Counted from the first letter of the stretch, positions 27,911-38,184 are shown. The stretch: 64,000 bases of DNA from Bacillota bacterium (GCA_014360195.1 JACIXY010000001.1:305714-369713), one strand, 5' to 3'. The notes: generated by a model from the sequence alone, not told the origin. Made by a program: numbers and translations.

Positions 27911-30310
27911 GTGCAGAAAGACGCAGTCCTTCAGTGCGCGCTCGTCCTTTTCGGTTCCGGCGCGGCGATGATGAAGGCGTGGGGACGAGTCTCTCTTCTG
28001 GGTCCTGCAGCGCTGCTCGTAGCAGCAGCGGTCTGGCAAGTGTGGCGTGGGGTAAGGGGAAGGGGGAGGGGGAGGGGAGGGTCGCAAGGTTCTGGGCCTG
28101 GGAGCCTTGCCCTCTGGGCTCTTGTTCTCCTCACTGGCGCGGCGTCCATGAGGGTGGCGCTGTCCCCGGGGCCATGTGACCGGGCTCTCCAGAGGCTCGC
28201 TTCCTGCGGGAGCGTCGTGCTTGTCGGTGTCATCGACGGCATCCCGGACGTAACTCACGATGGCCGATGGCGAGGTATCGTGAGGGTTCAATCGGCAAAT
28301 GGCGACCCGGGCGCATCGGGGGCGAGGGCCCTCCTTGTCGTTGATAGCGACGAATCTATTCAGGCTGAGCTTGTGCCAGGCGCGAGAGTGGAGGCATCAG
28401 GGCGGTTCTACCTTCCACAGCCCCCGGCAAACCCGGGGGAGCCTGACATGAGGGTCGTCCTCGGCTGCCGGGGCGTGTCGGGGACGCTGTACGTTCGCAG
28501 TCCTGACGATATCAGCCTGCACTCAACGCGGCGGCCGGAGGTGGCCGCGGCCCTGGCCGCAGCGCTTCGCCATCGCCTGGTGGAGGTGATCCGGGCCACC
28601 TTGCCGCAAGACCAGGCAACGCTTCTTTCGGGTATGCTCTTCGGGCGCGCCCCAGAGAAGATACAGGACAGGCTTCAGGCTACGGGCACTGCCCATCTCT
28701 TCGCCGTGTCGGGCCTGCACGTCGGGCTGGTGGCGGCAGTGCTGTGCGGCATTCTGGCCGGCCTCGGCCTACGTGGACCCGCCCTTCTGGCACCTGCGCT
28801 GGCGGGCAGCTGGCTCTACGCGGCCGCCTGCGGAATGCGTCCCTCCGTGGTAAGGGCGGCGATGATGCTGTCATGCGCAGGCGTCGCGGCCCTCATGCGT
28901 CGCCCCGGAAGCGTCCGGGGCGCTCTCTACCTTACGGGGCTTGTCATGCTGGGCTGCAATCCCCTTCTCGTGTTTGACCCCAGCGCCCAAATGTCCTTTG
29001 CAGCGGTTTTCAGTATCGTGCACCTTTCCCCGCGCATAAGGCAGCTCCTAAGGAGACTCCCAGGCTGGCTTGCCGACTCCCTCGCAGCATCGCTGGCGGC
29101 CCAGATCGGCGTGATGCCGCTAGGCGCATGGTACTTCGGGCAGGTCTCACCGGTCGCGGTCGTCGCAGGCATCCCCTGTCTTGCTCTTGCGGGGATGGCG
29201 GTCGTCATGGGGTTCGTGGCGGGCCTTGTGGGGATCGTCTACATCCCGGCCGCATTCGTGCTCAACACCGGGAATGCTCTGGTGCTGCTGGCCCTGGAGC
29301 GGGCGATCGATGTGCTGGCAAGCGTGCCTTTCGCATCCCTTCCTGTGGCGCGGCCCCCGCTATGGGGACTCCTCGGCTTCTACCTCGCGCTGTTCGCTGC
29401 AGGTGGGCCGAGATGCGTACAACGGGCGCTCTGGGCAAGCCGCCGTCATTTCGCAGTGCTGGGGCTGGCTGCCGCCGCAGCTGTGGTGTGGGTCGCTGCA
29501 GTGAGGCCGGGCGCACTCGAGATCGTGTTCCTTTCGGTTGGGCAGGGCGACTCAAGCCTGATCCGGAGTCCTTCTGGTCGGACCATCCTGGTAGACGGTG
29601 GTGGCCTCCTTGGACCGGAGCGCGACCCCGGGGCGGAAGTCGTTGTGCCGTACCTGCTGCGCCGGGGTGTAAGGCGACTCGACGTGGTGGTCGCCACACA
29701 CCCCCACCAGGATCACATCGGCGGTCTCTTTGAGGTGGTCCGGCGTCTCAAGGTGCAGGTTCTCGTGAAACCCCCGGTCCCCGAGGATCTGAGGCCGGAC
29801 CTCGACAGGCGCCTGGTAGCCGTTGCGCGAGGAAGAGGCGTTCCCGTCGTCGAGGTTGTGCGGGGCGGCCGCCTCGACCTGGGAGACGGTGTCACCATTG
29901 ACGTCCTCCATCCACCTCCCACCGATTCAGGCCACATGGTACAGGATCTTAACGACCTTTCCATCGTCATGATGGTCAGCTTTCGGTATATGCAGGTACT
30001 GCTCACAGGGGATGCCGGGCCCGAGGTTCTCGCCGGACTTGTACAGGAGGGATGCGGCCTGGACGCGGACATCCTGAAGGTGCCACACCACGGGGCCGCA
30101 GGGGGGTGTCCACTGGAATTTCTCCGGTCAGTGTCCCCTGCCTGGGCAGTGATACCGGTCGGCCCTAATACGTTCGGACACCCGGCTATGGGCACCCTTG
30201 AAGCGCTGGCCCGGGCGGGAGCGAATATCCTCCGTACCGATCTGAACGGGGCGGTGACCGTCAAGGGGCAGGGGAGGCGGGTCCGGCTCTCCACCATGCG
30301 TGGGACGTAA
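27911..30310 (+). CDS. comEC: DNA internalization competence protein ComEC/Rec2
   Basis: [20 protein letters not shown] domain [25 protein letters not shown]; GTG 27911 after GGAGG. Confidence 0.93.
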   Translation: MQKDAVLQCALVLFGSGAAMMKAWGRVSLLGPAALLVAAAVWQVWRGVRGRGRGRGGSQGSGPGSLALWALVLLTGAASMRVALSPGPCDRALQRLASCGSVVLVGVIDGIPDVTHDGRWRGIVRVQSANGDPGASGARALLVVDSDESIQAELVPGARVEASGRFYLPQPPANPGEPDMRVVLGCRGVSGTLYVRSPDDISLHSTRRPEVAAALAAALRHRLVEVIRATLPQDQATLLSGMLFGRAPEKIQDRLQATGTAHLFAVSGLHVGLVAAVLCGILAGLGLRGPALLAPALAGSWLYAAACGMRPSVVRAAMMLSCAGVAALMRRPGSVRGALYLTGLVMLGCNPLLVFDPSAQMSFAAVFSIVHLSPRIRQLLRRLPGWLADSLAASLAAQIGVMPLGAWYFGQVSPVAVVAGIPCLALAGMAVVMGFVAGLVGIVYIPAAFVLNTGNALVLLALERAIDVLASVPFASLPVARPPLWGLLGFYLALFAAGGPRCVQRALWASRRHFAVLGLAAAAAVVWVAAVRPGALEIVFLSVGQGDSSLIRSPSGRTILVDGGGLLGPERDPGAEVVVPYLLRRGVRRLDVVVATHPHQDHIGGLFEVVRRLKVQVLVKPPVPEDLRPDLDRRLVAVARGRGVPVVEVVRGGRLDLGDGVTIDVLHPPPTDSGHMVQDLNDLSIVMMVSFRYMQVLLTGDAGPEVLAGLVQEGCGLDADILKVPHHGAAGGCPLEFLRSVSPAWAVIPVGPNTFGHPAMGTLEALARAGANILRTDLNGAVTVKGQGRRVRLSTMRGT

Positions 30311-30390
30311 CAGACGGGCGAAAAAGGTCGGTTCGTGGAAGGAATGACGGACTTTGGGTAGAAATCTATATATCCTCCAGGTAAGTAAAT

Positions 30391-30580
30391 AGAGCCTGCG
30401 GGCGCAGTGAAACCCGCGGCCGCAAAGAACCCGGGTCTTATGACCCTGCAGGAAGACACTGCAAGGCCGCGAGAGGTGTTTGGAAAGAGGGGGTGAGCGC
30501 GGGGCCTGAAGCCTCTTGTGGTTATCGGGGGTAGACGGTATCCGGAGAACAGCTGGGGAAACGACTACCGGGTTACCCGA
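30391..30580 (+). promoter_or_regulatory. Structured 5' leader, candidate riboswitch (c-di-GMP-I/GEMM-like features)
   Basis: Stem GCGGG/CCCGC, then CGCAAA, AACCCGG-GTC (30428-30437) complementary to GAC-TA-CCGGGTT (30563-30574). Confidence 0.35.
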
Positions 30581-30609
30581 ATCCAACACGAAAGGGGGGA
30601 TTCCCTGAT

Positions 30610-31911
30610 ATGCGCGCCTCAGGCGCGCCACGTCAGGGAAACCAGTTGAAGCGAGTTATTGTCTGCGTCATATGTCTCAGCCTTCTCGTTATGCTTCTCG
30701 CGGGATTCTCCTCTGCGTCAGCAAGCTCCAAGGTCACGATAACGTTCTGGCATGGAATGGGATCGGCCCTGGGTAAGACCCTGGACGAACTGGTTGCGGA
30801 GTTCCAGAAACAGTACCCGGACATCATTGTGAAGGCTGAATACCAAGGCAGCTATGGGGCCCTCAACCAGAAAATAATGGCCGCGCTTGCAGCGAAGAAG
30901 CCTCCGACAATGGCGCAGGCGTACGGCAACTGGGTGGCTGAGTATGTGAAGGCCGGTGCCGTGAAGCCGGTTGAAGACTTCTTCGCGGGTCCCGGCGGGC
31001 TCTCGAAGGATGAAATCGAAGACTTTTGGCCGGAGCTGCGCGTCGGCTGCACCTTCGACGGGAAGATGTACACCCTTCCCTTCAACAAAAGCGTGGCCAT
31101 CTACATCTACAATCTCACAGCTCTCAAGGAGGCTGGCCTTGAGCCGCCCAAGACCTGGGAGGAACTCCTCGCTGCCTCGAAGGCGATGACCGTGGTGAAG
31201 GACGGCAAAGTCACGCGCTACGGCATGGTGCTCAGGCCCAACGTTGACTACTTTGCCAACCTCCTGTTCACCAACGGCGGCCGTTACCTGGATCCGAGCG
31301 GCAAGAAGGCCGTGTTCAACGGCTCTGAAGGCGTCGAGGCTCTTCAGTTCATGGTTGACATGCTTCATAAGTATAAGGTCGCCTACTACATCCCGGGCTA
31401 TGCTGACGCTGACTTCGGGGCCGGCAAGACATGCGGGTACTTCGCCACCTCAGCGAGCTACTCGTACACCGACAAGGCGGTCGGCAGCAAGTTCGAGTGG
31501 GGCATCGGCCCGATACCGTACAAGAAGGGCCCGGCCGCCCCGGTGGCCGGCACCGACCTCGTCATGTTCGCCTCTGCCACCCCCGAGGAACAGCAGGCTG
31601 CGTGGAAGTTCATGAAGTGGCTCACGAGCCCGACCCAGACGGCATACTGGGCCATCAACACCGGCTACATCCCTGTGAGAAGGTCTGCGCTCTACCTGCG
31701 GCAGATGAAGGAATGGATGGCTGCCAACCCCAGGAACGCGGCCAGCCTCAACGCTCTCAAGTTTGCGGTGACCGATCCGAACATAGCGGAGTGGCAGGAC
31801 ATCCGCGAGATCATAAGCCAGGCCGTGGAGGAGGCGTTCCTCGCGAAGGCGACCCCCAAGGAGGCTCTGGACAAGGCGGCGGAGAAGGTCAACGCTCTCC
31901 TTGCTAAGTAA
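30610..31911 (+). CDS. ABC transporter substrate-binding protein (CUT1/UgpB-like)
   Basis: Signal peptide, ITFWH, YTLPFNKS, PKTWEEL, AAWKFMKWL, TGYIP. Confidence 0.9.
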   Translation: MRASGAPRQGNQLKRVIVCVICLSLLVMLLAGFSSASASSKVTITFWHGMGSALGKTLDELVAEFQKQYPDIIVKAEYQGSYGALNQKIMAALAAKKPPTMAQAYGNWVAEYVKAGAVKPVEDFFAGPGGLSKDEIEDFWPELRVGCTFDGKMYTLPFNKSVAIYIYNLTALKEAGLEPPKTWEELLAASKAMTVVKDGKVTRYGMVLRPNVDYFANLLFTNGGRYLDPSGKKAVFNGSEGVEALQFMVDMLHKYKVAYYIPGYADADFGAGKTCGYFATSASYSYTDKAVGSKFEWGIGPIPYKKGPAAPVAGTDLVMFASATPEEQQAAWKFMKWLTSPTQTAYWAINTGYIPVRRSALYLRQMKEWMAANPRNAASLNALKFAVTDPNIAEWQDIREIISQAVEEAFLAKATPKEALDKAAEKVNALLAK

Positions 31912-31952
31912 GTCGCCTTCTGGTGTAACCGTGCTCTAAGTTGCGGGATGAA

Positions 31953-31989
31953 CGGTCCGGGGCGGCTGCACGGGAGTTGCCCCGGACCG
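31953..31989 (+). other. Strong intercistronic hairpin after the SBP gene
   Basis: CGGTCCGGGGCGGCT / AGTTGCCCCGGACCG with no U-tract; position typical of an mRNA-stabilising hairpin in ABC operons. Confidence 0.55.
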
Positions 31990-32025
31990 GTTGTCCCGTC
32001 CGTTTCCAGGGGAGGAGGCGCATCC

Positions 32026-34158
32026 GTGATCCGTGAAAGAAGGGCCCTGTGGTCTGCCGTCATATGTGTTATCACGGTATTCGTGGCTGCCTGCGGTCTC
32101 GCGGCCGCCGAGGATGCCGAATGGGGCTTCTATTTTGGGTATCTTCATTCCCACACCTCGTACTCTGACGGAGCGCTCACCCCTGAGGAGGCGTACGCAT
32201 ACGCAAGGGATGTTGCCGGCCTCGATTTTCTCGGGATCACGGAGCATGGCTACTACATGTTCGAAAACCCCCACCACTGGGACGCCCTTGTGGAGGCCGC
32301 GAAACGGTTCACTGAGCCAGGGAGGTTCGTGGCGTTCAGAGGCACGGAATGGACCCACGGGGCCGGACACATATCCGTCATCGAGGCCCCGGAGCCGTGC
32401 TCGCGTGACATGCAGATCAGCTTTGATGACCTCGTAGCCTGGATGGAGGGGAAGAACGGCATCGCCAGCTTCAACCATCCGGGCAGAAACGAGCAGGGAA
32501 ACTGGGACGATTTCAAGTACTCGCTCGGCGGCAACAGGACCATAAGGCTCCTCGAGGTCGGCTCCGGCCCATACCCAAGGAACACTTTCTATGAGGCATC
32601 ATACATCCGGGCCCTCGATCGCGGCTGGCAGGTAGGCGCCATCAACAGCCAGGACAACCACAGGGCCGACTGGGGCAGCGCAGCGGATACCAGAACGGGC
32701 GTGGTGGCACGCGCCCTCACACGTGAGGACCTCACGGAAGCGCTGCGGGCGATGCGCACTTACTCCACGGAGGATAGGAACGTGCGGGTGAGGTTCACGG
32801 GAAATGGCAAGTGGATGGGGGAGGTCTTGCCGCTTGGCCAGGTCGAGTTCGAGATCGAGATAACCGACCCTGACCCCGGCGATGCCGTGGAGAAGGTGGA
32901 GGTAAGATCCAATCGTGGGGCCGTCCTCATAACGTTCCGGAGCTCAGGCGACGAGGGCGGGCCAGACCGGCCTTTCAGGCGGGCCTTCCCACTTGTACCT
33001 AGGCAGGGCTACAGCTGGTACTACCTGCGCGTCGAGCAGAGAGACGGAGACGTGGTCGTGACCAGCCCTATTTGGGTTAAGAGCCGGTCGGAGCTAATGA
33101 TGGTCGACCTTCGGTTCGATGTCCCGTTTGCCAAGAAGGGTGCGAAAGGATATCTGCGTGGCGATATCGTGAACCTGGGCGCCGACCCCATGCACGGGGT
33201 CATCGTTGAGTTCGCGGCGACCGTGGGGGAGCAGCGGATGCCGATAGGAGCGGTGAAGGCCGATGTCGGACCGGGTGCGACTGTGCCCGTCTCGCTCGAG
33301 TGGGCATGCCCAATAAGCGGCGACGTGACACTGACCGCCACGGTGATCGATCCGTCCATGCCTGCGTACACCGAGAATGTCTACTCGATTCCTGTGCGGA
33401 TACTTCCGGAAACCTTGCCGAAGATCGTGGTGGACGAAGGCCACAACAACCGCTCAAGCGGCTTTGCCGGTAAGTTCCTTGATGTCCTGGCTTGCGCCGG
33501 GTACGAGGGCGTGCTGAACCAGGGGAGGATAACGGCCGAAACCCTCAGGGGAGCGTCGGTCCTCGTCATCGCCAACCCTGAACCCGGGATCTCTCTGACG
33601 CCTACGACTCTTGACAAGTCCGAGCTTGCTGCGATACATGAGTTCGTCGCTGGCGGAGGCGCACTCATCCTTGCGGGCTCGTCGGATGCATCCGACCCGT
33701 CCCGCAGCGTGGGGCAGCTCAACGGGATTCTGGCATCCGTCGGCTCGTCGATGAGATTCTCCGACGACGAGGTTCAGGAGGAGAAAGGCTCCGTGCCGAG
33801 CTCAACGGTTACGTGCATCCTGACCCCCGACGGCGAGAAGGTTCTCGGCCCATTGTCCCTGCCGGTTCGCATGACACAGGCATGTTCCATCGCGGATGAT
33901 AGGTTCGGCGACCTCGCCGGGCGTAGCGGCGTGCTGATCCTTGTGGTTGGGGGCGAAGGAACGAGGAGCGCCGACACCAACGGGAAAGGCCCGTGCCATC
34001 TCTATGCGTCGGGGCCCGTCGTGTGCGCCTCCGAGAACATCGGTAATGGGCGCGTGGTCGCCATCGGTGCGCCGGTTTACTCGGTTTATGATTTCCGCCC
34101 TGACCTCGGTAACGAGGAGTTCATGTTAAAGCTCGTTAGGTGGCTGGAATCACGGTGA
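32026..34158 (+). CDS. Secreted PHP-domain metallophosphoesterase (CehA/McbA-like) with Ig-like and C-terminal DUF4350-like domains
   Basis: Signal peptide, HSHTSYSDG, ITEH, EWT, NHP, QDNH; VVDEGHNN; GTG 32026 after GGAGGAGG. Confidence 0.75.
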   Translation: MIRERRALWSAVICVITVFVAACGLAAAEDAEWGFYFGYLHSHTSYSDGALTPEEAYAYARDVAGLDFLGITEHGYYMFENPHHWDALVEAAKRFTEPGRFVAFRGTEWTHGAGHISVIEAPEPCSRDMQISFDDLVAWMEGKNGIASFNHPGRNEQGNWDDFKYSLGGNRTIRLLEVGSGPYPRNTFYEASYIRALDRGWQVGAINSQDNHRADWGSAADTRTGVVARALTREDLTEALRAMRTYSTEDRNVRVRFTGNGKWMGEVLPLGQVEFEIEITDPDPGDAVEKVEVRSNRGAVLITFRSSGDEGGPDRPFRRAFPLVPRQGYSWYYLRVEQRDGDVVVTSPIWVKSRSELMMVDLRFDVPFAKKGAKGYLRGDIVNLGADPMHGVIVEFAATVGEQRMPIGAVKADVGPGATVPVSLEWACPISGDVTLTATVIDPSMPAYTENVYSIPVRILPETLPKIVVDEGHNNRSSGFAGKFLDVLACAGYEGVLNQGRITAETLRGASVLVIANPEPGISLTPTTLDKSELAAIHEFVAGGGALILAGSSDASDPSRSVGQLNGILASVGSSMRFSDDEVQEEKGSVPSSTVTCILTPDGEKVLGPLSLPVRMTQACSIADDRFGDLAGRSGVLILVVGGEGTRSADTNGKGPCHLYASGPVVCASENIGNGRVVAIGAPVYSVYDFRPDLGNEEFMLKLVRWLESR

Positions 34159-34206
34159 CGGGCGGGTCTTATCCTGTGGTCGTATTTTGTAAGGTGGTGC
34201 TTTCAG

Positions 34207-35127
34207 GTGCCGGTTCGACGGTTCACGGCGAAGGACGCAGCTAGACGGCGCAGGTATCTCAAGGAAACCTTCACTGCCTACCTCTATCTCTTGCCCGCCA
34301 CTGCAGTGCTCGTGACGTTCCACTTTGCGCCGGTGTTCTACGCGTTTTACGTCAGCTTGCTTGACTGGAACTACATAAGCCCGAACCCCACCTTCGTGGG
34401 TTTCGCAAACTACGCTGCGCTCCTCAAGGACTCTGACTTCATAACGTCCTTGATAAACACGGTGTACTACGTCATAGGCACGGTTCCGACCTCTATGGCA
34501 GTTGCGCTGTTTGTGGCCATCCTGCTCAACCAGAAGATCAGAGGGCTTGCGTGGTACCGCACGGTGTATTTCCTGCCTGTCATCACCGCGGCCAACGCTG
34601 TGGCCATAATCTGGTTCTGGATATACCACCCTGACTACTCCGGGCTTCTGAACGGTCTCCTGGACAGGCTCGGGCTGCCCATTCAGTCATGGCTTTTGGA
34701 CCCGAAGTGGGCCATGCCCTGCATAATCCTGATGAGCATCTGGAAGGGACTCGGGTACAACGTCGTCATTTTCCTGGCCGGATTGCAAAACATCTCCAGC
34801 GAGTACTATGAGGCGGCGCAGATAGACGGCGCGAAGGGTTGGTCCATATTCAGGTACATCACCTGGCCGCTCCTGTCGCCGACCACGTTCTTCGTCCTCA
34901 TCATATCGGTCATTGGGTCGTTCCAGGTGTTCAGCCAGGTGTACGTTATGACCAGGGGCGGGCCGCTCAAGAGCACTCTCGTAGTGGTGTACTACCTCTA
35001 CAAGATTGGGTTTGAGGACTTTAAGATGGGCTATGCGTCAGCGATGGCGTATGCGCTTTTCATGATCATCTTCACCCTCACGCTCCTGCAGCGGAAATAC
35101 ATCGGCTCACGGGTGTACTACCAGTGA
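34207..35127 (+). CDS. Carbohydrate ABC transporter permease 1
   Basis: FVGFANY, EAAQIDGA (EAA loop), GYASAMA. Confidence 0.93.
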   Translation: MPVRRFTAKDAARRRRYLKETFTAYLYLLPATAVLVTFHFAPVFYAFYVSLLDWNYISPNPTFVGFANYAALLKDSDFITSLINTVYYVIGTVPTSMAVALFVAILLNQKIRGLAWYRTVYFLPVITAANAVAIIWFWIYHPDYSGLLNGLLDRLGLPIQSWLLDPKWAMPCIILMSIWKGLGYNVVIFLAGLQNISSEYYEAAQIDGAKGWSIFRYITWPLLSPTTFFVLIISVIGSFQVFSQVYVMTRGGPLKSTLVVVYYLYKIGFEDFKMGYASAMAYALFMIIFTLTLLQRKYIGSRVYYQ

Positions 35128-35145
35128 GAAGGAGACGTATCTAAG

Positions 35146-36021
35146 ATGAGGCATCAAGCAATGAGCCGCGTGAAGACCCAGCACAGCCCCGGCGCCACGG
35201 CCGCCCGCATCCTCCGGTCCCTCGGCATCCACGCTCTTCTTCTGGCGGGGGCTACGATCATGCTCGCGCCCTTCGCCTGGATGATCTCGACATCGCTGAA
35301 GGATTACAGCGAGGTGTTCACGGTTCCCATCAGGTGGATACCGTCGCGCCTGGTGTGGTCGAACTATGTGGACGCCTGGAACGAAGCGCCCTTCGCGAGG
35401 TACTTCTTCAATAGCGCGTTCGTGGCGACAGTCACCACGATAGGGCAGCTTGTCTTCTCCGCACTTGCCGCCTACGCTTTCGCAACCATGAACTTCTTCG
35501 GTCGGGAGGTCATCTTCACGCTTTTCCTGGGAACCATGATGATCCCGGACCAGATGACTTTGGTCCCCAACTACGTGCTCCTGTTCAGGCTCAACTGGAT
35601 CGACACCTACTACGCCCTCATCGTGCCCTGGCTGGGGAGCGTGTTCAGCATATTCCTGATGCGGCAGTTCTTCCAGACCATCCCGAAGGAGCTGTACGAC
35701 GCGGCTCAGATCGATGGTTGCTCGCGGTTCGGGTACCTCTGGAGGGTTATGGTGCCGCTCTCCCGGCCTGTGTTCATCACGTGCGGCCTGTTTACGTTCA
35801 TCGGGAGCTGGAACGCGTTCCTCTGGCCTCTCATCGTAACGAACACCGATAGAATGCGCACGATCCAGGTTGGACTGTCCACGTTCATGCAGGAGCACGG
35901 CACCGTGCCGACACTGTTGATGGCTGCGTCTACGATGGCTATAATGCCTGTAGTGATCGGGTTTTTCTTCGTGCAGAGGCAGTTCATTCAGGGCATCGCG
36001 CGGACAGGCCTGAAGAGCTGA
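35146..36021 (+). CDS. Carbohydrate ABC transporter permease 2
   Basis: PFAWMISTSLK, DAAQIDG, WNAFLWP, QRQFIQG. Confidence 0.93.
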   Translation: MRHQAMSRVKTQHSPGATAARILRSLGIHALLLAGATIMLAPFAWMISTSLKDYSEVFTVPIRWIPSRLVWSNYVDAWNEAPFARYFFNSAFVATVTTIGQLVFSALAAYAFATMNFFGREVIFTLFLGTMMIPDQMTLVPNYVLLFRLNWIDTYYALIVPWLGSVFSIFLMRQFFQTIPKELYDAAQIDGCSRFGYLWRVMVPLSRPVFITCGLFTFIGSWNAFLWPLIVTNTDRMRTIQVGLSTFMQEHGTVPTLLMAASTMAIMPVVIGFFFVQRQFIQGIARTGLKS

Positions 36022-36216
36022 GTGGGAGCTCGTTAGTTCCCCCGAGTTTGCCAACATCTGGCGGGCTGCCGGTGTTGCACTCGGGGACGGCGCCCCAAGC
36101 GGGGCACTCTTCGCCAAAATCCGACCTGTCGGGCGAGTGGCCGGACTTTGACACCCCTCGTGCAAGCACCGGCAACCATTTCCCAGAGTTAGGAGCATTT
36201 CTGTACTCTCACTTAG
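36018..36216. repeat. Palindromic MITE-like element, long core in reverse orientation, arms C/A (199 bp)
   Basis: CTGAGTGGGAG...CTCTCACTTAG; the core is the reverse complement of those at 27689 and 60682. Confidence 0.92.
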
Positions 36217-36269
36217 GCCCGCGCGTGGGGTACCGTGCGCGAGCCAGGCAGGAGTGAGGCGATTTACGA

Positions 36270-37343
36270 ATGGCCGCGGGACCAGGAGACGTGGCGGGCG
36301 ACATAAGATCCGGGAGGCTAAAACCGGTTTACCTCCTGTACGGGGAGGAGGAGTATCTGCGCGACGAGGCGGCGCGGCGGATGGCCGACGCATGTCTCGA
36401 CCCGGATATGCGGGATTTCAATTATACCGTATTTCGGGCCGGCGAGGTCGACCTTGCGTCTGTGGCTGCTGCGGTCATGTCACCTCCGGCGTTCGCTGAA
36501 AGACGCGTCGTGGTCCTGCGCGGGTTCGACGAGCTCTCCGCGGACGAGCAAAGAGCGTTTGTCGGCGCGATTCAGAGGATGCCACGGACCAGCCTGGTCA
36601 TCCTCATCGCTGCGACAGCGGACGAAAGGACAAGCGCTTGTAGGGCGATCGCAGAGATGGGGAGGGTCGTGCGTTACAGGCGCCTTTACGAGAACGAGGC
36701 AGCGGCGTGGCTCGCCCGGCACGCAAGGGAGCGCGGCATCGATTTGAGGCCCGAGGCCCGCGAGTACCTGGTGAGAACCCTCGGCACGAGCGCTGCAAGG
36801 CTTGCTGAAGGTTTTGAGAAAGCGTGCAACTACGCAGGGATAGGGGCTGGGGGAACAGGACCGGCAGATAGCGGCGCGGGCGGGCGGCACAAGGTCACGC
36901 TGGATGACGTCATGGCAGCGTCCGCGAGTGAGCCGGCCCTCGGCATATTCGACCTCGTAGATGCCATCGGGCAAAGGGACACGGCGAAGGCCGTGGCGGC
37001 CGCGCGCCGTCTCCTCAGCTTCGGAGAGGTGCCGGTGCGCATTCTTGCCATGATCGCCCGACAGGTGAGACTCATTCTGCAGACGAAAGCCCTCGAGGCA
37101 GAGGGCGCGACTCTGAAGAAGATTGCCGCCGCCACACGCCTGCAGGACTTCATGGTGCGCAAGTATCTTGCCCAGGCCAAAAACTTCGACACCGAAGACC
37201 TGGAAGACGCCTTCATCGCCCTTGCCAGAGCGGATGTGGACCTCAAAACCTCCGCTGCCCCTGAGGGAGTGGTGCTGGAAAAGCTCATCGTGCACCTGTG
37301 TACTTACAGGGCACGCGGCGTATCCACATCCTCGCTGCTATGA
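36270..37343 (+). CDS. holA: DNA polymerase III subunit delta
   Basis: PVYLLYGEEEYL, FNY, FAERRVVVL, IFDLVDAI; upstream of convergent rpsT. Confidence 0.9.
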   Translation: MAAGPGDVAGDIRSGRLKPVYLLYGEEEYLRDEAARRMADACLDPDMRDFNYTVFRAGEVDLASVAAAVMSPPAFAERRVVVLRGFDELSADEQRAFVGAIQRMPRTSLVILIAATADERTSACRAIAEMGRVVRYRRLYENEAAAWLARHARERGIDLRPEAREYLVRTLGTSAARLAEGFEKACNYAGIGAGGTGPADSGAGGRHKVTLDDVMAASASEPALGIFDLVDAIGQRDTAKAVAAARRLLSFGEVPVRILAMIARQVRLILQTKALEAEGATLKKIAAATRLQDFMVRKYLAQAKNFDTEDLEDAFIALARADVDLKTSAAPEGVVLEKLIVHLCTYRARGVSTSSLL

Positions 37344-37667
37344 TAACCTGCTGACGACACTGCCCTCGTGCCCTCGCCCGAACACGTGGGACGACCTGCC
37401 GGGCACAGGCTTCGTTCTACCGGGTACAGGCTTCGTTCGCACAGGGGGGAGCCGGTCCGGCCCTGCGCGGGCTTTGCCATCGTGTCGTCTTCCTGTGCAA
37501 CGGGGCCTGCCGGCCCCGAAACGTCTCCTCGCGCGCAACGGTGTCCCCCGACCGATCTATCTGGCACGACACCCGAATCCGGCATGATACCCGGAAAGCC
37601 GCTCCTGGCTCACTGGCGCTCACCAGCGGCTCGGCTTGTGTCTTGTGTCAGCAGGGTGCTCGGTGTG

Positions 37668-37961
37668 CTACTGCTGGGCCACCGGCGCCCCCGGTGCTCC
37701 CGCAAGAGCAACGAGCTTCCTCGAAAGGCGGGACTTACGCCGCGCCGCCTGGTTCTTATGGATAACGCCCTTCTTCGCGGCCTTGTCTATGGCGCTTATG
37801 GCTTTCCGCAGTGCAGCCTCGGCCGCCGACAGGTCGCCCTGCGCGAGCTGCGCCTCGTACTTCTTCACGGCGGTCTTGACCGAGCTCTTTGTGGATGCGT
37901 TGCGCAGGGCCCGCATCCGTGCCGTCCTGGCTCGCTTCGCTGCTGACTTGATGTTAGGCAA
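37668..37961 (-). CDS. rpsT: 30S ribosomal protein S20
   Basis: PNIKSAAKR, IDKAAKKGVIHKNQAARRKSRL; TTG start after AAGGGGG. Confidence 0.96.
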   Translation of the reverse strand: MPNIKSAAKRARTARMRALRNASTKSSVKTAVKKYEAQLAQGDLSAAEAALRKAISAIDKAAKKGVIHKNQAARRKSRLSRKLVALAGAPGAPVAQQ

Positions 37962-38001
37962 ACGCTTCAACCCCCTTGCAACTTGGCCGATCACGAAACC
38001 A

Positions 38002-38030
38002 ATTCTACCATGAGCCGCCCAGGACTGCAA
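38002..38030 (-). promoter_or_regulatory. SigA promoter of rpsT
   Basis: TTGCAG-17-TAGAAT with extended TG on the minus strand. Confidence 0.6.
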
Positions 38031-38184
38031 CACGTCTTGAGGACTCAAAAACGTGTGGGAGCCGGCGGCGGTGGATACAGAGCCACGCCGGTGGGAAAGA
38101 TACGACACGAGCGGGGGTTCTTGCCCAAGCTGCCAGAGTGGAGAGTGATGACGAGTGCGGCTATCTGGTAGACGGAGCGTGCGG

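Noticed and set aside
28049-28081. G-run tract in the comEC 5' region as a phase-variation or G-quadruplex switch
   Set aside because: Runs are at most 5 G, in frame (GRGRGRGG), and unsurprising at this GC content
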